The notes under the pieces: generated by a model
Told to the model about the DNA's origin: nothing
Databases searched by the model: none
Seen by the model: the letters and a program-made list of their open reading frames with translations, nothing else
From: an uncultured Gammaproteobacteria bacterium
Lineage (GTDB): Bacteria; Patescibacteriota; Microgenomatia; UBA12405
Reading direction: 5' to 3'
Assembly (NCBI GenBank): GCA_964503465.1
Contig: CAZCYZ010000001.1
Span: 129,702 to 193,701, forward strand
DNA: 64,000 bases
Translations under genes and position numbers: made by a program
Part shown: positions 18,824 through 28,710 of the stretch, piece by piece
Layout: each line of letters starts with the position of its first letter
Position numbering within the stretch: position 1 is the first letter of the stretch

Positions 18824-21800
18824 GTGATCAATAGTTTTGATTCCGAATATCAAAAGCTTAATTCCGACCAAAAACTAGCCGTCGATACTACCGATGGTCC
18901 AGTCATGGTTGTCGCCGGTGCTGGCACTGGCAAAACTCAAACTATTGCTCTCCGCATTGCCAACATCCTCCAAAAGACTCAAATCGGCCCTAGCAACATT
19001 CTCTGTTTAACCTTTACTGACTCGGCCGCTATCAACATGCGCCAGCGTTTGTCATCCATTATTGGCCCCGATGCCTATTCAGTTCGCATCAGCACCTTTC
19101 ATTCGTTTTGTCAGTCGATTATCAAACACCATCCCGAGCATTTTCTTCAGTTTCACTCCGATTCCGAAGCCCTGGACAAAATCGAACAAATTCAAATCAT
19201 TCAATCCTTGATCGATAAACTTCCTCCCAATAGCCCTCTGACCAGCTCCGTCGAAATCTACTATGCCCAAAACCAAATAATTTCGGCCATCGAATCACTT
19301 AAAAAAGAAAGTATTTCTTCATCAGTTCTTGCTGATCTAATCAATCAATCCAGTCAATTCCTTCAATCGGCTGCCAGCTGTTACCAACAACTAAAAACCA
19401 TTCGGGCCGACAAAAAAAATCTTAATCAAATCATCGATATCGTGAATAAGTTAATTAAATTACCCAACATTAATTCCACTTACCAAACCAAAATTTCCTC
19501 ACTTGTCAAAGATCACTTAACTTCAGCCAAAGAAATCAAAACTTCAATTATTTGTTTTTATGAAAACTGCCAAAAAAACCTTCCCAAACAACAATCTCTC
19601 CTTTGGCTGTTTATCGAGTATCAACAACAACTTAGCTCTCGCCACCTCTTTGATTTTGATGACATGATCCTCTCAGTCATCGATCTTTTCAAAAATAAAC
19701 CAGAAATTTTGGCTGAATATCAGGAAAGATTCCAATATATCCTTGTTGATGAGTATCAAGACACAAATTCTTCTCAAAACCAAATTATTGATTTACTTGC
19801 CGGTTCTGATTTCCCTAATGTTTTTGTCGTTGGTGACGACGACCAATCAATTTTCCGCTTTCAGGGAGCTAGCACTGAAAATGTTTATCACTTCTATCTT
19901 CGTTATCACCCCCAACTGGTTGTCCTTCGCAATAATTACCGCAGTCATAGATTAATTTTAGCTTCAAGCCAAACACTTATTAACCGCAATCTCAATCGAA
20001 TTGCTACCAAAATTAGTAATATTGACAAGACTTTGATTGCCTCTCGGGATTACGACCCCGACCCAATCAATTTTTATGTTGCCCAGTCAAACATTGAAGA
20101 AAATTATTGTCTGGCTTCTTCCATTAAAAAACTTACTGATACCGGAGTAGATCCGAACCATATTGCCGTTTTAGTTCGAAATAATGCCGATATTGATGAT
20201 CTCCTGCCAGCATTATCAAGTTTCAATATCAAATACACCAAAGATTTTAGTATCAACATTCTTCTCCAACCGCCAATCATTCAACTTATTGACCTCCTTC
20301 GTTTGCTCTCCAATCCAACTGATTCCATTCTTTTTGGTAAAGTTCTAAATTTTCAGTTCCTAAATTTCCCCGCAATTGACCTTTATCGTCACTTCCACCA
20401 ACAACCAACATCTGACAAGTTTGTCAAACGTCTTGATAGGTTTACTGACCGTCTTGCTAAATTTCAAAAACAAAAGTTAAATCTTCCACCTGACAGACTT
20501 TTCAATCGCCTTATCCGTCGTTTTGGTTACCTAAAATGGGTTCTGCGTTGCCGTAATCTCGAACTCCTAAAACAACTCGACCGACTTTACCAGGAATTTA
20601 AAGTTAACTACACCGACAAAAGGCTGACTTTCGATCAAATAGTCTCCCGCCTTTCAACCCATTTTGATAGCAACCTATCCCTCAATTGTCCACCGCTTTT
20701 GTCCGAGTCGGTTAACTGCGTTCGTCTCATGACTATTCACAAAGCTAAAGGCTTGGAATTTGACCATGTTTTTCTCCCTAAGGCCCTAGCTTCTCGTTGG
20801 GAAGATGCTCGCGGTCGACAGTCAATTCCCCTTCCGCTTGGAATTATTGCCTCTGAAGTTATTGGCCCCAATTATGACCAAGAGCTTGAGGAAAACCGCC
20901 GTCTCTTTTATGTTGCCTTAACCCGGGCTAAAAACCAAATTTATCTCTCCTACACTCAAAATAATCCCGAAGGTCGGGAACTTCTCCCCACTCGTTTTAT
21001 TGCCGAAATTGACCCCAAAAATATTCAGACTTTTCCCACCGACCCCAATATCGAATCGTCCGCCCTAAAGTTACAGTTCTCCATGCCCAACACCAAATTG
21101 TTCTCGACTCAATTGTCCGACTATCTTCGGTGGTACTTTGCCAACAAATACCGCCTCAATATTACCCACCTTAACTCATATCAAAAATGCCCTCTTTGTT
21201 TTTTCTTCAAAACCATTTTAAAAATTCCTCAAGCCAAGACTATACCACTTTCTTATGGCACTTCTGTTCATGGGGCCCTCGCCTATCTTTTTTCAAGCTA
21301 TAAAAGAACCGATTCCTTAATTCCTCTCAATCAATTTCTTAACATTTTTCAAAATAATTTAGTCAGAGAGAATTTACCACTCAAAAATTTTGACGAATTA
21401 CTGACTCGTGGCCGTCAACAGCTAACCGAATATTACCAGCATTATCAATCAAACTTCAGTGGTCGTTGTCTAGTCGAACATGATTTTCGTCCTTATCTGG
21501 CACGGATCGATGATATCCCTATCACTGGTAAGGTTGACAAGATTGAGATTATTTCTGGAAGAAAAGTCAATGTAGTTGATTTTAAAACTGGTAAACCAGA
21601 CAACAAATATCATGAAATTTCTCGGGAAGGGGATTATTTCCGCCAACTTGTCTTTTACAAGATTCTAGCCGATCACAGTCCTGGCTTTAATTATCAGGTT
21701 GTTTCTGGTTCAATTGACTTTATTCAGACCAACTCTCGCAACCAATTTGTCCGTCGTGATTACGACATTACTCCTTCCGACATTTCATCCCTCACTAGCA

Positions 21801-21928
21801 TTATCAAAGATACCTATCAAAAAGTTATCTCTTTAAATTTTTCCCAAAACCCATCCTGCCCCGACCACGACCACCTTCATCATCTTGCTTCCAAATACTT
21901 TTTCACTTGTTCCTCGATCCAGGGGTAA
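18824..21928 (+). CDS. UvrD-like SF1 helicase fused to a C-terminal PD-(D/E)xK (RecB/AddA/Cas4-like) nuclease domain.
   Basis: N-terminal MVVAGAGTGKTQT (Walker A), DEYQDTN, VVGDDDQSIF and NYRS. C-terminal GKVDKIEI...VVDFKTGKP...YFRQLVFYKIL (D/ExK plus QxxxY), with a terminal Cys/His cluster CPDHDHLHHL...FTCSS. GTG start. Confidence 0.8.
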   Translation: MINSFDSEYQKLNSDQKLAVDTTDGPVMVVAGAGTGKTQTIALRIANILQKTQIGPSNILCLTFTDSAAINMRQRLSSIIGPDAYSVRISTFHSFCQSIIKHHPEHFLQFHSDSEALDKIEQIQIIQSLIDKLPPNSPLTSSVEIYYAQNQIISAIESLKKESISSSVLADLINQSSQFLQSAASCYQQLKTIRADKKNLNQIIDIVNKLIKLPNINSTYQTKISSLVKDHLTSAKEIKTSIICFYENCQKNLPKQQSLLWLFIEYQQQLSSRHLFDFDDMILSVIDLFKNKPEILAEYQERFQYILVDEYQDTNSSQNQIIDLLAGSDFPNVFVVGDDDQSIFRFQGASTENVYHFYLRYHPQLVVLRNNYRSHRLILASSQTLINRNLNRIATKISNIDKTLIASRDYDPDPINFYVAQSNIEENYCLASSIKKLTDTGVDPNHIAVLVRNNADIDDLLPALSSFNIKYTKDFSINILLQPPIIQLIDLLRLLSNPTDSILFGKVLNFQFLNFPAIDLYRHFHQQPTSDKFVKRLDRFTDRLAKFQKQKLNLPPDRLFNRLIRRFGYLKWVLRCRNLELLKQLDRLYQEFKVNYTDKRLTFDQIVSRLSTHFDSNLSLNCPPLLSESVNCVRLMTIHKAKGLEFDHVFLPKALASRWEDARGRQSIPLPLGIIASEVIGPNYDQELEENRRLFYVALTRAKNQIYLSYTQNNPEGRELLPTRFIAEIDPKNIQTFPTDPNIESSALKLQFSMPNTKLFSTQLSDYLRWYFANKYRLNITHLNSYQKCPLCFFFKTILKIPQAKTIPLSYGTSVHGALAYLFSSYKRTDSLIPLNQFLNIFQNNLVRENLPLKNFDELLTRGRQQLTEYYQHYQSNFSGRCLVEHDFRPYLARIDDIPITGKVDKIEIISGRKVNVVDFKTGKPDNKYHEISREGDYFRQLVFYKILADHSPGFNYQVVSGSIDFIQTNSRNQFVRRDYDITPSDISSLTSIIKDTYQKVISLNFSQNPSCPDHDHLHHLASKYFFTCSSIQG

Positions 21929-22845
21929 GTTAGCTCTACCCCCCGTTTTAATGGAAATTGAGCTTTCCAGCCAGTAGCATAGATTTTGTCGTTACTAAAA
22001 TTTCGTGATTGAACACCAACCGGCCCCCTAATGTGTTTGATGGTAATATTTTTATTAGCCACCTTGGCAACTATTGCCACTAGTTCGTCAACCGAGACAT
22101 ACTCTGGATTACCAATATTCGTTGGTACCGAAACTTCCGAGTCTACTAACTTTCTTATCCCGTCTACCATATCGTCCACATAAGTGTATGACCTTACCGC
22201 CGTTCCGTCCCCCCAAACTTCTATCTCCCCCGAGTCACCTTTGATTTCGGCCACCTTTCGGCATATTGCCGCCGGGGCTTTTTCTCGTCCCCCTTGCCAA
22301 GTTCCTTCAGGTCCATAACAGTTCTGAAATCTGGCTATCCGTACTTTCATCGAGTATTTTCGCCCATACGCTAGCAACATTCTTTCACTATAAAGCTTTT
22401 CCCATCCATATTCATTATCCGGCTGGGCTGGATAAGCCTGTTCTTCGACCATTTCTGGTTCACCGATTTTCATATCACGATACACACAGACCGAAGATGA
22501 AAAAAAATACTTTCTCACCCCTAGTTTGGCGGCGGAGTCAATCATATTAATATTAATTAAGGCGCTATTTCTCATAATTTCGCATTCGGCTGAGTGGATA
22601 AAGCCCATCCCCCCCATATCTGCCGCTAGCTGATAGACCTCATCAAATCCACCGTCTATGGTTAAAGCTTTAATGCAATTTTCTCTTTCCCTCAAATCTA
22701 ATACTAAGAACTCATCTGCGACTGATTTGGTGAATTCATGATTTTTTATATCCACCCCTCTAACCCAATAACCATCTTTTTTTAGCCTCTTAACCAAATG
22801 TCCGCCAATAAAACCTCCTGCTCCCCCAACCAAAACTTTTTTCAT
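21880..22845 (-). CDS. NAD-dependent sugar-nucleotide epimerase, GDP-mannose 3,5-epimerase-like.
   Basis: GGAGFIGGHL Rossmann motif and LAADMGGMGFIHS, a hallmark of the GME family. Convergent 49-nt overlap with the helicase 3' end. Confidence 0.8.
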   Translation of the reverse strand: MKKVLVGGAGGFIGGHLVKRLKKDGYWVRGVDIKNHEFTKSVADEFLVLDLRERENCIKALTIDGGFDEVYQLAADMGGMGFIHSAECEIMRNSALININMIDSAAKLGVRKYFFSSSVCVYRDMKIGEPEMVEEQAYPAQPDNEYGWEKLYSERMLLAYGRKYSMKVRIARFQNCYGPEGTWQGGREKAPAAICRKVAEIKGDSGEIEVWGDGTAVRSYTYVDDMVDGIRKLVDSEVSVPTNIGNPEYVSVDELVAIVAKVANKNITIKHIRGPVGVQSRNFSNDKIYATGWKAQFPLKRGVELTYPWIEEQVKKYLEAR

Positions 22846-22962
22846 ATCTCTAGTCTACATAAATCACTTTAAAAAATCACCCAACTGATTCCAACCTGAA
22901 ATATGTCTGATAATATTTTAGTCCCTTGACAAACCCTACTATAAGTCTTTGACTTAAATAAA

Positions 22963-25900
22963 GTGCGTCCATTCAAGTTTTTTGGGATATTGTTTTGCGC
23001 AGTAGCATTGGCCTTCTTGACCATAAGTCCATCTTTTGCTGTTAATCAAGCCACCATCACTTCCCTGACTGTTTCTGACTCAGCTGTTGGTGCTACCAAT
23101 GTTACCTACACTCTTCAGTTTCAATTAGATACCGAAATTACCGCCGACACAGCCAAGTCAATGAATTTTGATCTCAACAGAATGAGTACCAAAAGTACCT
23201 GGGAAGGTGGAGATCAAACATCCAACATGGCCACGGCCACTGGCACCTTTAGCAGTTTTCAATATGACAGTACTGGTAGTGGTAATTGGGTCGATATTGA
23301 CTTTGGCGGCGCTAGTTATTTTCACAAAGAAATTTCAACCGACAATTCACTGTTAATTTGGGGTCTAGGTTATGTCGACAATAACGACATCCATTCGATT
23401 CAAACAACCATTCCTGTCAACAAAACGGTCAAATTAGTTGTTACTGGTGTTACTAACCCCAATAAAGCCGGTGCTTATACTTTTAGTATTGAAAGTGGTT
23501 TAGGACCAGCTAGTGACACCTACTGGTTGTTGCCCCAGGATTCTCTTGCTCGGGACCGAGCTCTGTATGTTGATATCGGCACCTATTGTTTACGGGCCAA
23601 GATCAAAGATCCTACCGGGGCTACTGCCATTGCCAAGGCCGAACTCTATCTTCACAATTCTAACTGGACCATCACTTCTTGGGGCGGTAGAACTTTTGCC
23701 GATGGTGCTGTCTCTTACTACCCAGATGATTTCTGGTACACTGGCGGTCCGGCCCAGGAAACCTGTCCTACTGGCATAATTACCATCGAAGCCAACCCTC
23801 CAGGTGGCGTAAATACTTATGCCAAGGCTGTCGATAAGACACCCACATTACCGGGGGATAAAGACACTTATTACAATACCCCGATTACTATGTCGGCCAT
23901 TCAGCTTCAGGGTAGACTTCATAATCCTGCCGTCTCCTCTGGTCAGTATCACTATATCACCAACTCTAATGTCAGTTTTACTCCTTCCGACTTTAATCCA
24001 ACGGGGTTTAAAAACACTCAATCCGACAACAACGGAATTTTCAGAATTGGCGGTTTAGCCGTTGGAACTACCTACACCGTTGGATTTATGATGCCTTGGG
24101 ATAGTGGTTACGGAGGTATTAATGTCCCCGATTCATTTCAAGTTGTTGTTGATGCTGACGGGAAAGTAAAAACGGTCGCCGTCGGCGGCACTTGCCCTGA
24201 TTTTGCCGTTAATTGTGATTTGGGTGACATTGATTACACTGTCGCTACTAAGACCATCACCGGTACCCTCAAAGACAGTGATGGTAACCCAATAACCAGT
24301 GGTCGTATTCGAGCTTTTAAAGAAATGGGCATGGGCCAAGCCCAGGACGAGGTCGACTCCAACGGTAATTATTCTCTAACTGTCGGTGGCGGTACCTGGG
24401 GATTGCAGCCTGAACCCAATTGGAATCCTAGTAGTCCTCCCGATTGGTCTTATTGTGGTATGTCTAAATTTTTTGTCTTTGCCGGTGATACTACTGTCGA
24501 GACCAAAACTAGTGCCAATAGTAGTGGTCAAACAGACTTTACCGTCAAGAGAACTACTGTCACCGTCACCGGTGATGTCGTTTACCCCAACGGCAATCCA
24601 CTAACCGGCCAGGGTGGAGTTGAAGTTCGATCCAAGGAAGGTTGCGGTACCTTTGCTCAATTGGATATGAATGGTCATTTTTCCACCAAAGTTGCTCCCG
24701 GAACCTACAATGTTATGGTTCAAGTTTGGGATCAAACATACAGTGCTCCGTCTGTTCAAACCATCACCGTCTCTACCAGTAATTACAATGTTGGGACTCT
24801 CACTCTAACCGAAAAGAAAGACACCATTACTGGCCGAGTTTGGAATGATATCGATGGCGACAATACTTACGATTCCGGCGAGGGAATCAGCGGTCAACAG
24901 ATAAATGCCTCTAAAATGTCCAAAAAATTTGATGAATTTGGCGGTCCAGGCAGTGGTCCGATGATGGGTCCTGGCGGTGGTGATTTTAGCGGTACCACTA
25001 GTGGTAACAATGGAGTTTATTCTCTAAAAGTTACTCCGGGTACCTGGATGATTAATCTTATGTCCGACCCAGGGATGATGGGGGGATATTCCGAAAGCAG
25101 CACTAATTATATTTACAACGGCAGTCCGCTTGAAGTCAATGTTACCTCCTCGGCTAATGGTGGCACCTTCCCTGACAATAATTTTAAACTTACTGTTGCC
25201 GACGCCACCATTAAAGGCAAGCTGGTTGATAGTAACGGTACTGCTATTGCTGGTGTTTGGGGTTTTGCTTTTGCTGATACCGGTTCAGGTGGACCAATGA
25301 TGGGTGCTGGCATGGGGGCTCCGATTCAAAATGGTATCTTCACCATCAAGGTTCCTGCCGGCACTTACAACGTCGGCGTCGAATTTCCTCCCGAATCGTC
25401 TGGGTATACTCCCGCCTCGTCAACTGAAACCACTATCACCGCCGGTGAAACCAAATCAATTGATATTACTGTTAAACCCAATAACCGGAGGATAAAAGTT
25501 AACTTCAAAGACACCAACGGTAACCCTATTACCACCCTTTCTCAAGCTAATATTTTTGCCGACAACAGCAGTGGCGGTCATATGTTTAAAATGCTTTATG
25601 GTTCGGATCTGGTTAGCGGATCAACTACTCTTTCTGTTAGCGAGGGCACTTGGAATATTGGCTACTTCATTGATCCGACTACTAACAACTATATGTCCGA
25701 ACCCATGTCCAAGGACAATGGTATTACTGTTACTAGTGTTCATACTGCCGATAATCCGGCTGTTCTTAATATTACTCTTCGTAGTGCCGATTCAACCATT
25801 TCAGGTACTGTCACCGGTCCAACTGGCACTGCCTTGGCTGGTGTTTGGATTTCCACCGACAACCGTAAAGCCTCAGGATTCTCTAGTGGTGGCCCAATGT

Positions 25901-27366
25901 TCATGACTGGCAGTGCCACCGACTCAAACGGTAGTTATTCTATTTCTTTACCAGCCGGTACCTATAAAGTTCAGGCGTTCTTGCCTCCGTCAATGGGCTA
26001 TATTAATCCAGATGGAGTCGAGGTGACAATCAGTCCAAGTAGCCCTGGCGTCGCCAATTTACAGTTTAGTCAATCCGACGCTACTATTACCGGTTCTGTC
26101 TACCTAAACGAGGTTAAAAAAGGTGCCTTTATTTCCGCCTATTCGGACAAGGGTGGTTATAGTGAAACCAATGCTAATAGTGGTGATTATTCTCTCAATG
26201 TCACCAAGGATGACACTTGGTATGTTCGTGCTATGTACGAAACCGGTTCTGATTTTTACCAAAGCACCATTAACAAAGTCATTATGGCTGGTGCATCCAC
26301 CAAAAGCCAAAATCTTACGCTCACCAAAGCCTCATTCACCTTACCTGATTCAGTTTCAACTACCTTTGACTATCAGAATGCTAAAAAAATTAGTCTTAGT
26401 AACGGTTTCAATCTATCTATCCCTGCCGGCGCCATTCCCCCCACTAGTAACGCTACGGGAGATAACATTACTATCACCATTTCGCCTACCTCACAACTTT
26501 CTACCCAAAATAAGGCCATTCCCATTGGTATTGGTTATGAAATTACTGCCACCGATGACTCTGGTAGTCTTATCACCTCCAATTTTAACGACAATGTCAC
26601 CATTACCATTCCTTACACCGCCACCTATCTTGAGGAGGCGCTTGGTTCCAGTGACGAAACCTTGCTTGATAATGGTTATTGGGATACCACCACTTCTACT
26701 TGGAAAGGTATAACCGGTACCACCATTGACACTACTAATAAGACTATTTCCTTCACGGTTAACCACTTTACCACCTTCTCTATCCTCTCCAACAAAGACC
26801 CCAATACTGTTGGTGGCTCATCCGGTAGCAATTCTACTCAAGCTAGTACCAACAGTAACAGCACTCCAAGTTGCAACAGTCAGGTGCCAGGCAGTGCTCC
26901 AACTTTATTCAGAATCGATCGTACCAAAACCACTGCTAAACTTTACTTTGCTCCCTCCAGCGATCCGGTCACTTATTACTATATTGCTTATGGCCACAAG
27001 GTAGGGGATTATCGCTATGGGGCATCTTTTGACCAAGGACATTCAGGGGGTGTACTAACCTACACTATCAAAAGCCTCAAGCCCAATGTTAAATACTATT
27101 TTTCAATCCGTGCCGGTAACGGTTGCATGCCTGGACCATGGTCAAATTGGTTCCCCAACAAAAATGCCAAAGTAACTCCAGTTACTGCCTCGACATCTCT
27201 CAGGGCAAAAAACAATGCTGCGACTACCAACCTACCTCAACCCTCAATTCCCCCGGTGGTCGAAGCTCTCCCTACTTCTACTCCTCCTCCAAAACCACTT
27301 CCTACCCCCACTCCTAAGAAAAACATTTTTCAACAAGGTCTCGAATGGTTGAGGAAAATCATCTAG
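22963..27366 (+). CDS. Very large secreted or cell-surface protein (1467 aa) with a signal peptide, multiple CarboxypepD_reg/SdrD-B-like beta-sandwich repeats and a C-terminal FN3-like domain plus Pro-rich tail.
   Basis: GTG start. MRPFKFFGILFCAVALAFLTISPSFA signal. Repeated modules TI(T/K/S)G(T/K)(L/V)xDSxG...GGPMM...GTY/W. C-terminal ...YYYIAYGHKVGDYRY...KYYFSIRAGNGCMPGPWS and PTSTPPPKPLPTPTP. Confidence 0.75.
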   Translation: MRPFKFFGILFCAVALAFLTISPSFAVNQATITSLTVSDSAVGATNVTYTLQFQLDTEITADTAKSMNFDLNRMSTKSTWEGGDQTSNMATATGTFSSFQYDSTGSGNWVDIDFGGASYFHKEISTDNSLLIWGLGYVDNNDIHSIQTTIPVNKTVKLVVTGVTNPNKAGAYTFSIESGLGPASDTYWLLPQDSLARDRALYVDIGTYCLRAKIKDPTGATAIAKAELYLHNSNWTITSWGGRTFADGAVSYYPDDFWYTGGPAQETCPTGIITIEANPPGGVNTYAKAVDKTPTLPGDKDTYYNTPITMSAIQLQGRLHNPAVSSGQYHYITNSNVSFTPSDFNPTGFKNTQSDNNGIFRIGGLAVGTTYTVGFMMPWDSGYGGINVPDSFQVVVDADGKVKTVAVGGTCPDFAVNCDLGDIDYTVATKTITGTLKDSDGNPITSGRIRAFKEMGMGQAQDEVDSNGNYSLTVGGGTWGLQPEPNWNPSSPPDWSYCGMSKFFVFAGDTTVETKTSANSSGQTDFTVKRTTVTVTGDVVYPNGNPLTGQGGVEVRSKEGCGTFAQLDMNGHFSTKVAPGTYNVMVQVWDQTYSAPSVQTITVSTSNYNVGTLTLTEKKDTITGRVWNDIDGDNTYDSGEGISGQQINASKMSKKFDEFGGPGSGPMMGPGGGDFSGTTSGNNGVYSLKVTPGTWMINLMSDPGMMGGYSESSTNYIYNGSPLEVNVTSSANGGTFPDNNFKLTVADATIKGKLVDSNGTAIAGVWGFAFADTGSGGPMMGAGMGAPIQNGIFTIKVPAGTYNVGVEFPPESSGYTPASSTETTITAGETKSIDITVKPNNRRIKVNFKDTNGNPITTLSQANIFADNSSGGHMFKMLYGSDLVSGSTTLSVSEGTWNIGYFIDPTTNNYMSEPMSKDNGITVTSVHTADNPAVLNITLRSADSTISGTVTGPTGTALAGVWISTDNRKASGFSSGGPMFMTGSATDSNGSYSISLPAGTYKVQAFLPPSMGYINPDGVEVTISPSSPGVANLQFSQSDATITGSVYLNEVKKGAFISAYSDKGGYSETNANSGDYSLNVTKDDTWYVRAMYETGSDFYQSTINKVIMAGASTKSQNLTLTKASFTLPDSVSTTFDYQNAKKISLSNGFNLSIPAGAIPPTSNATGDNITITISPTSQLSTQNKAIPIGIGYEITATDDSGSLITSNFNDNVTITIPYTATYLEEALGSSDETLLDNGYWDTTTSTWKGITGTTIDTTNKTISFTVNHFTTFSILSNKDPNTVGGSSGSNSTQASTNSNSTPSCNSQVPGSAPTLFRIDRTKTTAKLYFAPSSDPVTYYYIAYGHKVGDYRYGASFDQGHSGGVLTYTIKSLKPNVKYYFSIRAGNGCMPGPWSNWFPNKNAKVTPVTASTSLRAKNNAATTNLPQPSIPPVVEALPTSTPPPKPLPTPTPKKNIFQQGLEWLRKII

Positions 27367-27380
27367 TGTAAAATTACTTT

Positions 27381-28418
27381 GTGATCCCTGTCTATGCTCT
27401 CCTAATTCTGATTCTGGTTGCGATTGTCTATTTTATATATCTTCAGAAAAAAAATAAAACCCAGGAAATAGATTTGTCAAAAGCTATTGATACCCTGGTC
27501 AACATTGCCAACGAAAAGTTAAATGATAAAAACCAGCAAATTCAAATCGATCTTAACAACAAGAAAGATTCCATCGAAAAGATGGTTAAACAAGTTCTCG
27601 ATCAACTTTCGGTCGTTGAAAAAGATCGAATTGGTAGCTTCAATGGTCTAAGGGAAGCCATCGAAAATAGCCGCAAAGTCACTGAACAGCTTTCAATTAC
27701 CACCGAAGGTCTCAAGCGAACCCTAAGTAGCGATCGGATGCGAGGTGCTTTTGGTGAAAGGGTGGCCGAAGATTTACTCAAACAAGCTGGTTTTGTTGTT
27801 GGTACTGACTATAGTAGGCAAGAAGTTTTTGGGGAAGGTCGGCCTGATTTTACTATCTATCTCCCCGACAAAACCAAAATCAACATTGACGCCAAATTTC
27901 CTTATTCCAACCTAGTTAAAATGAGTGAGTCCAATAATGTTGATCAAAAGAATCAATTTCTTAAAGCCTTTGAAATCGACATCAAAAGAAAAATTACCGA
28001 TGTTTCGTCCCGAAACTATATTAACCCCGAGGAAAAAACCGTTGATTTTGTGGTCGTCTTTATCCCCAACGAAATGATCTTCAGTTTTATCTATGAGAAA
28101 TTTCCTGAGTTATTGGAAGAAGCCTTCAACAAAAAAATCGTTTTCGCTGGCCCTTTTAGCTTTGTCGCTATTTTACGCATGGTTCGTCAGGCTTATGACA
28201 ACTTCCGTTATCAAAAGAATATTCAAAACATCATTACTCAAATCAAAATTTTTGAAAAAGAGTTTATTAAATATAACCAGGAATTTCAAAAAATTGGTGC
28301 CAAAATTGATAGTCTTTCCCACCAATATGACGAGGTTGATCACACACGAACTAACAAGCTGTTAAGAGTTGTTGAAAAAATCAACCTTGAAAACCAAAAT
28401 CCTACGGCCATCGAATAA
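27381..28418 (+). CDS. rmuC: DNA recombination protein RmuC.
   Basis: N-terminal TM, coiled coil, RGAFGERVAEDLL and PDFTIYLPDKTKINIDAKFP motifs. Confidence 0.8.
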   Translation: MIPVYALLILILVAIVYFIYLQKKNKTQEIDLSKAIDTLVNIANEKLNDKNQQIQIDLNNKKDSIEKMVKQVLDQLSVVEKDRIGSFNGLREAIENSRKVTEQLSITTEGLKRTLSSDRMRGAFGERVAEDLLKQAGFVVGTDYSRQEVFGEGRPDFTIYLPDKTKINIDAKFPYSNLVKMSESNNVDQKNQFLKAFEIDIKRKITDVSSRNYINPEEKTVDFVVVFIPNEMIFSFIYEKFPELLEEAFNKKIVFAGPFSFVAILRMVRQAYDNFRYQKNIQNIITQIKIFEKEFIKYNQEFQKIGAKIDSLSHQYDEVDHTRTNKLLRVVEKINLENQNPTAIE

Positions 28419-28686
28419 ATTGCCACTCTTCCTCTGGCTGTTGTTTGTTCTAGGAGTTATTTTTGTCCCTCCAAGCTCACCAGTTGTGGTAATTACTTTT
28501 TTTCTCCTCTTATTCTTGTGTCTTTTTGGAACCATAGGAATTTTCGTTCGTCCATTTCGTCGTCGATTAGTTCTTAGTCTCTGTCCAATTATTATTCTAG
28601 GATTACTTTTTGGTCGCCTTTTAAGCCCCATTAGTTTGGTTCTGGTTCTCGCTTTGACCTTCATTTTCCTCCTTGACACCCGTTAG
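28369..28686 (+). CDS. Possible small hydrophobic membrane ORF. Weak call with no ATG start.
   Basis: Open frame encoding a 3-TM-like peptide between rmuC and hrcA. Overlaps the rmuC 3' end and needs a non-ATG start. Confidence 0.15.
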   Translation: MLKKSTLKTKILRPSNKLPLFLWLLFVLGVIFVPPSSPVVVITFFLLLFLCLFGTIGIFVRPFRRRLVLSLCPIIILGLLFGRLLSPISLVLVLALTFIFLLDTR

Positions 28687-28701
28687 CAGTCAGCATATTA
28701 T
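28673..28701 (+). promoter_or_regulatory. Sigma70-like promoter of the hrcA-grpE-dnaK-dnaJ operon.
   Basis: TTGACA (28673-28678), 17-nt spacer, TATTAT (28696-28701). The predicted TSS is about at the hrcA ATG, so the mRNA is leaderless or nearly so. Confidence 0.5.
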
Positions 28702-28709
28702 ATTGCTAA
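28683..28709 (+). promoter_or_regulatory. CIRCE-like operator (HrcA binding site).
   Basis: TTAGCAGTC-N9-TATTGCTAA versus consensus TTAGCACTC-N9-GAGTGCTAA. Overlaps the -10 and ends 2 nt before the hrcA ATG. Confidence 0.6.
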
Positions 28710-28710
28710 T

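Noticed and set aside
22926-22954. TTGACA / TATAAG promoter-like hexamers upstream of the giant surface protein gene.
   Set aside because: Spacer is only 8 nt between the hexamers, and the alternative TTGACT would start transcription inside the CDS. Not a convincing sigma70 geometry.
28362-28679. 105-aa extremely Arg/Lys-rich minus-strand ORF.
   Set aside because: It is the antisense of a T-rich intergenic and small-ORF region. Its low-complexity composition is typical of spurious ORFs.
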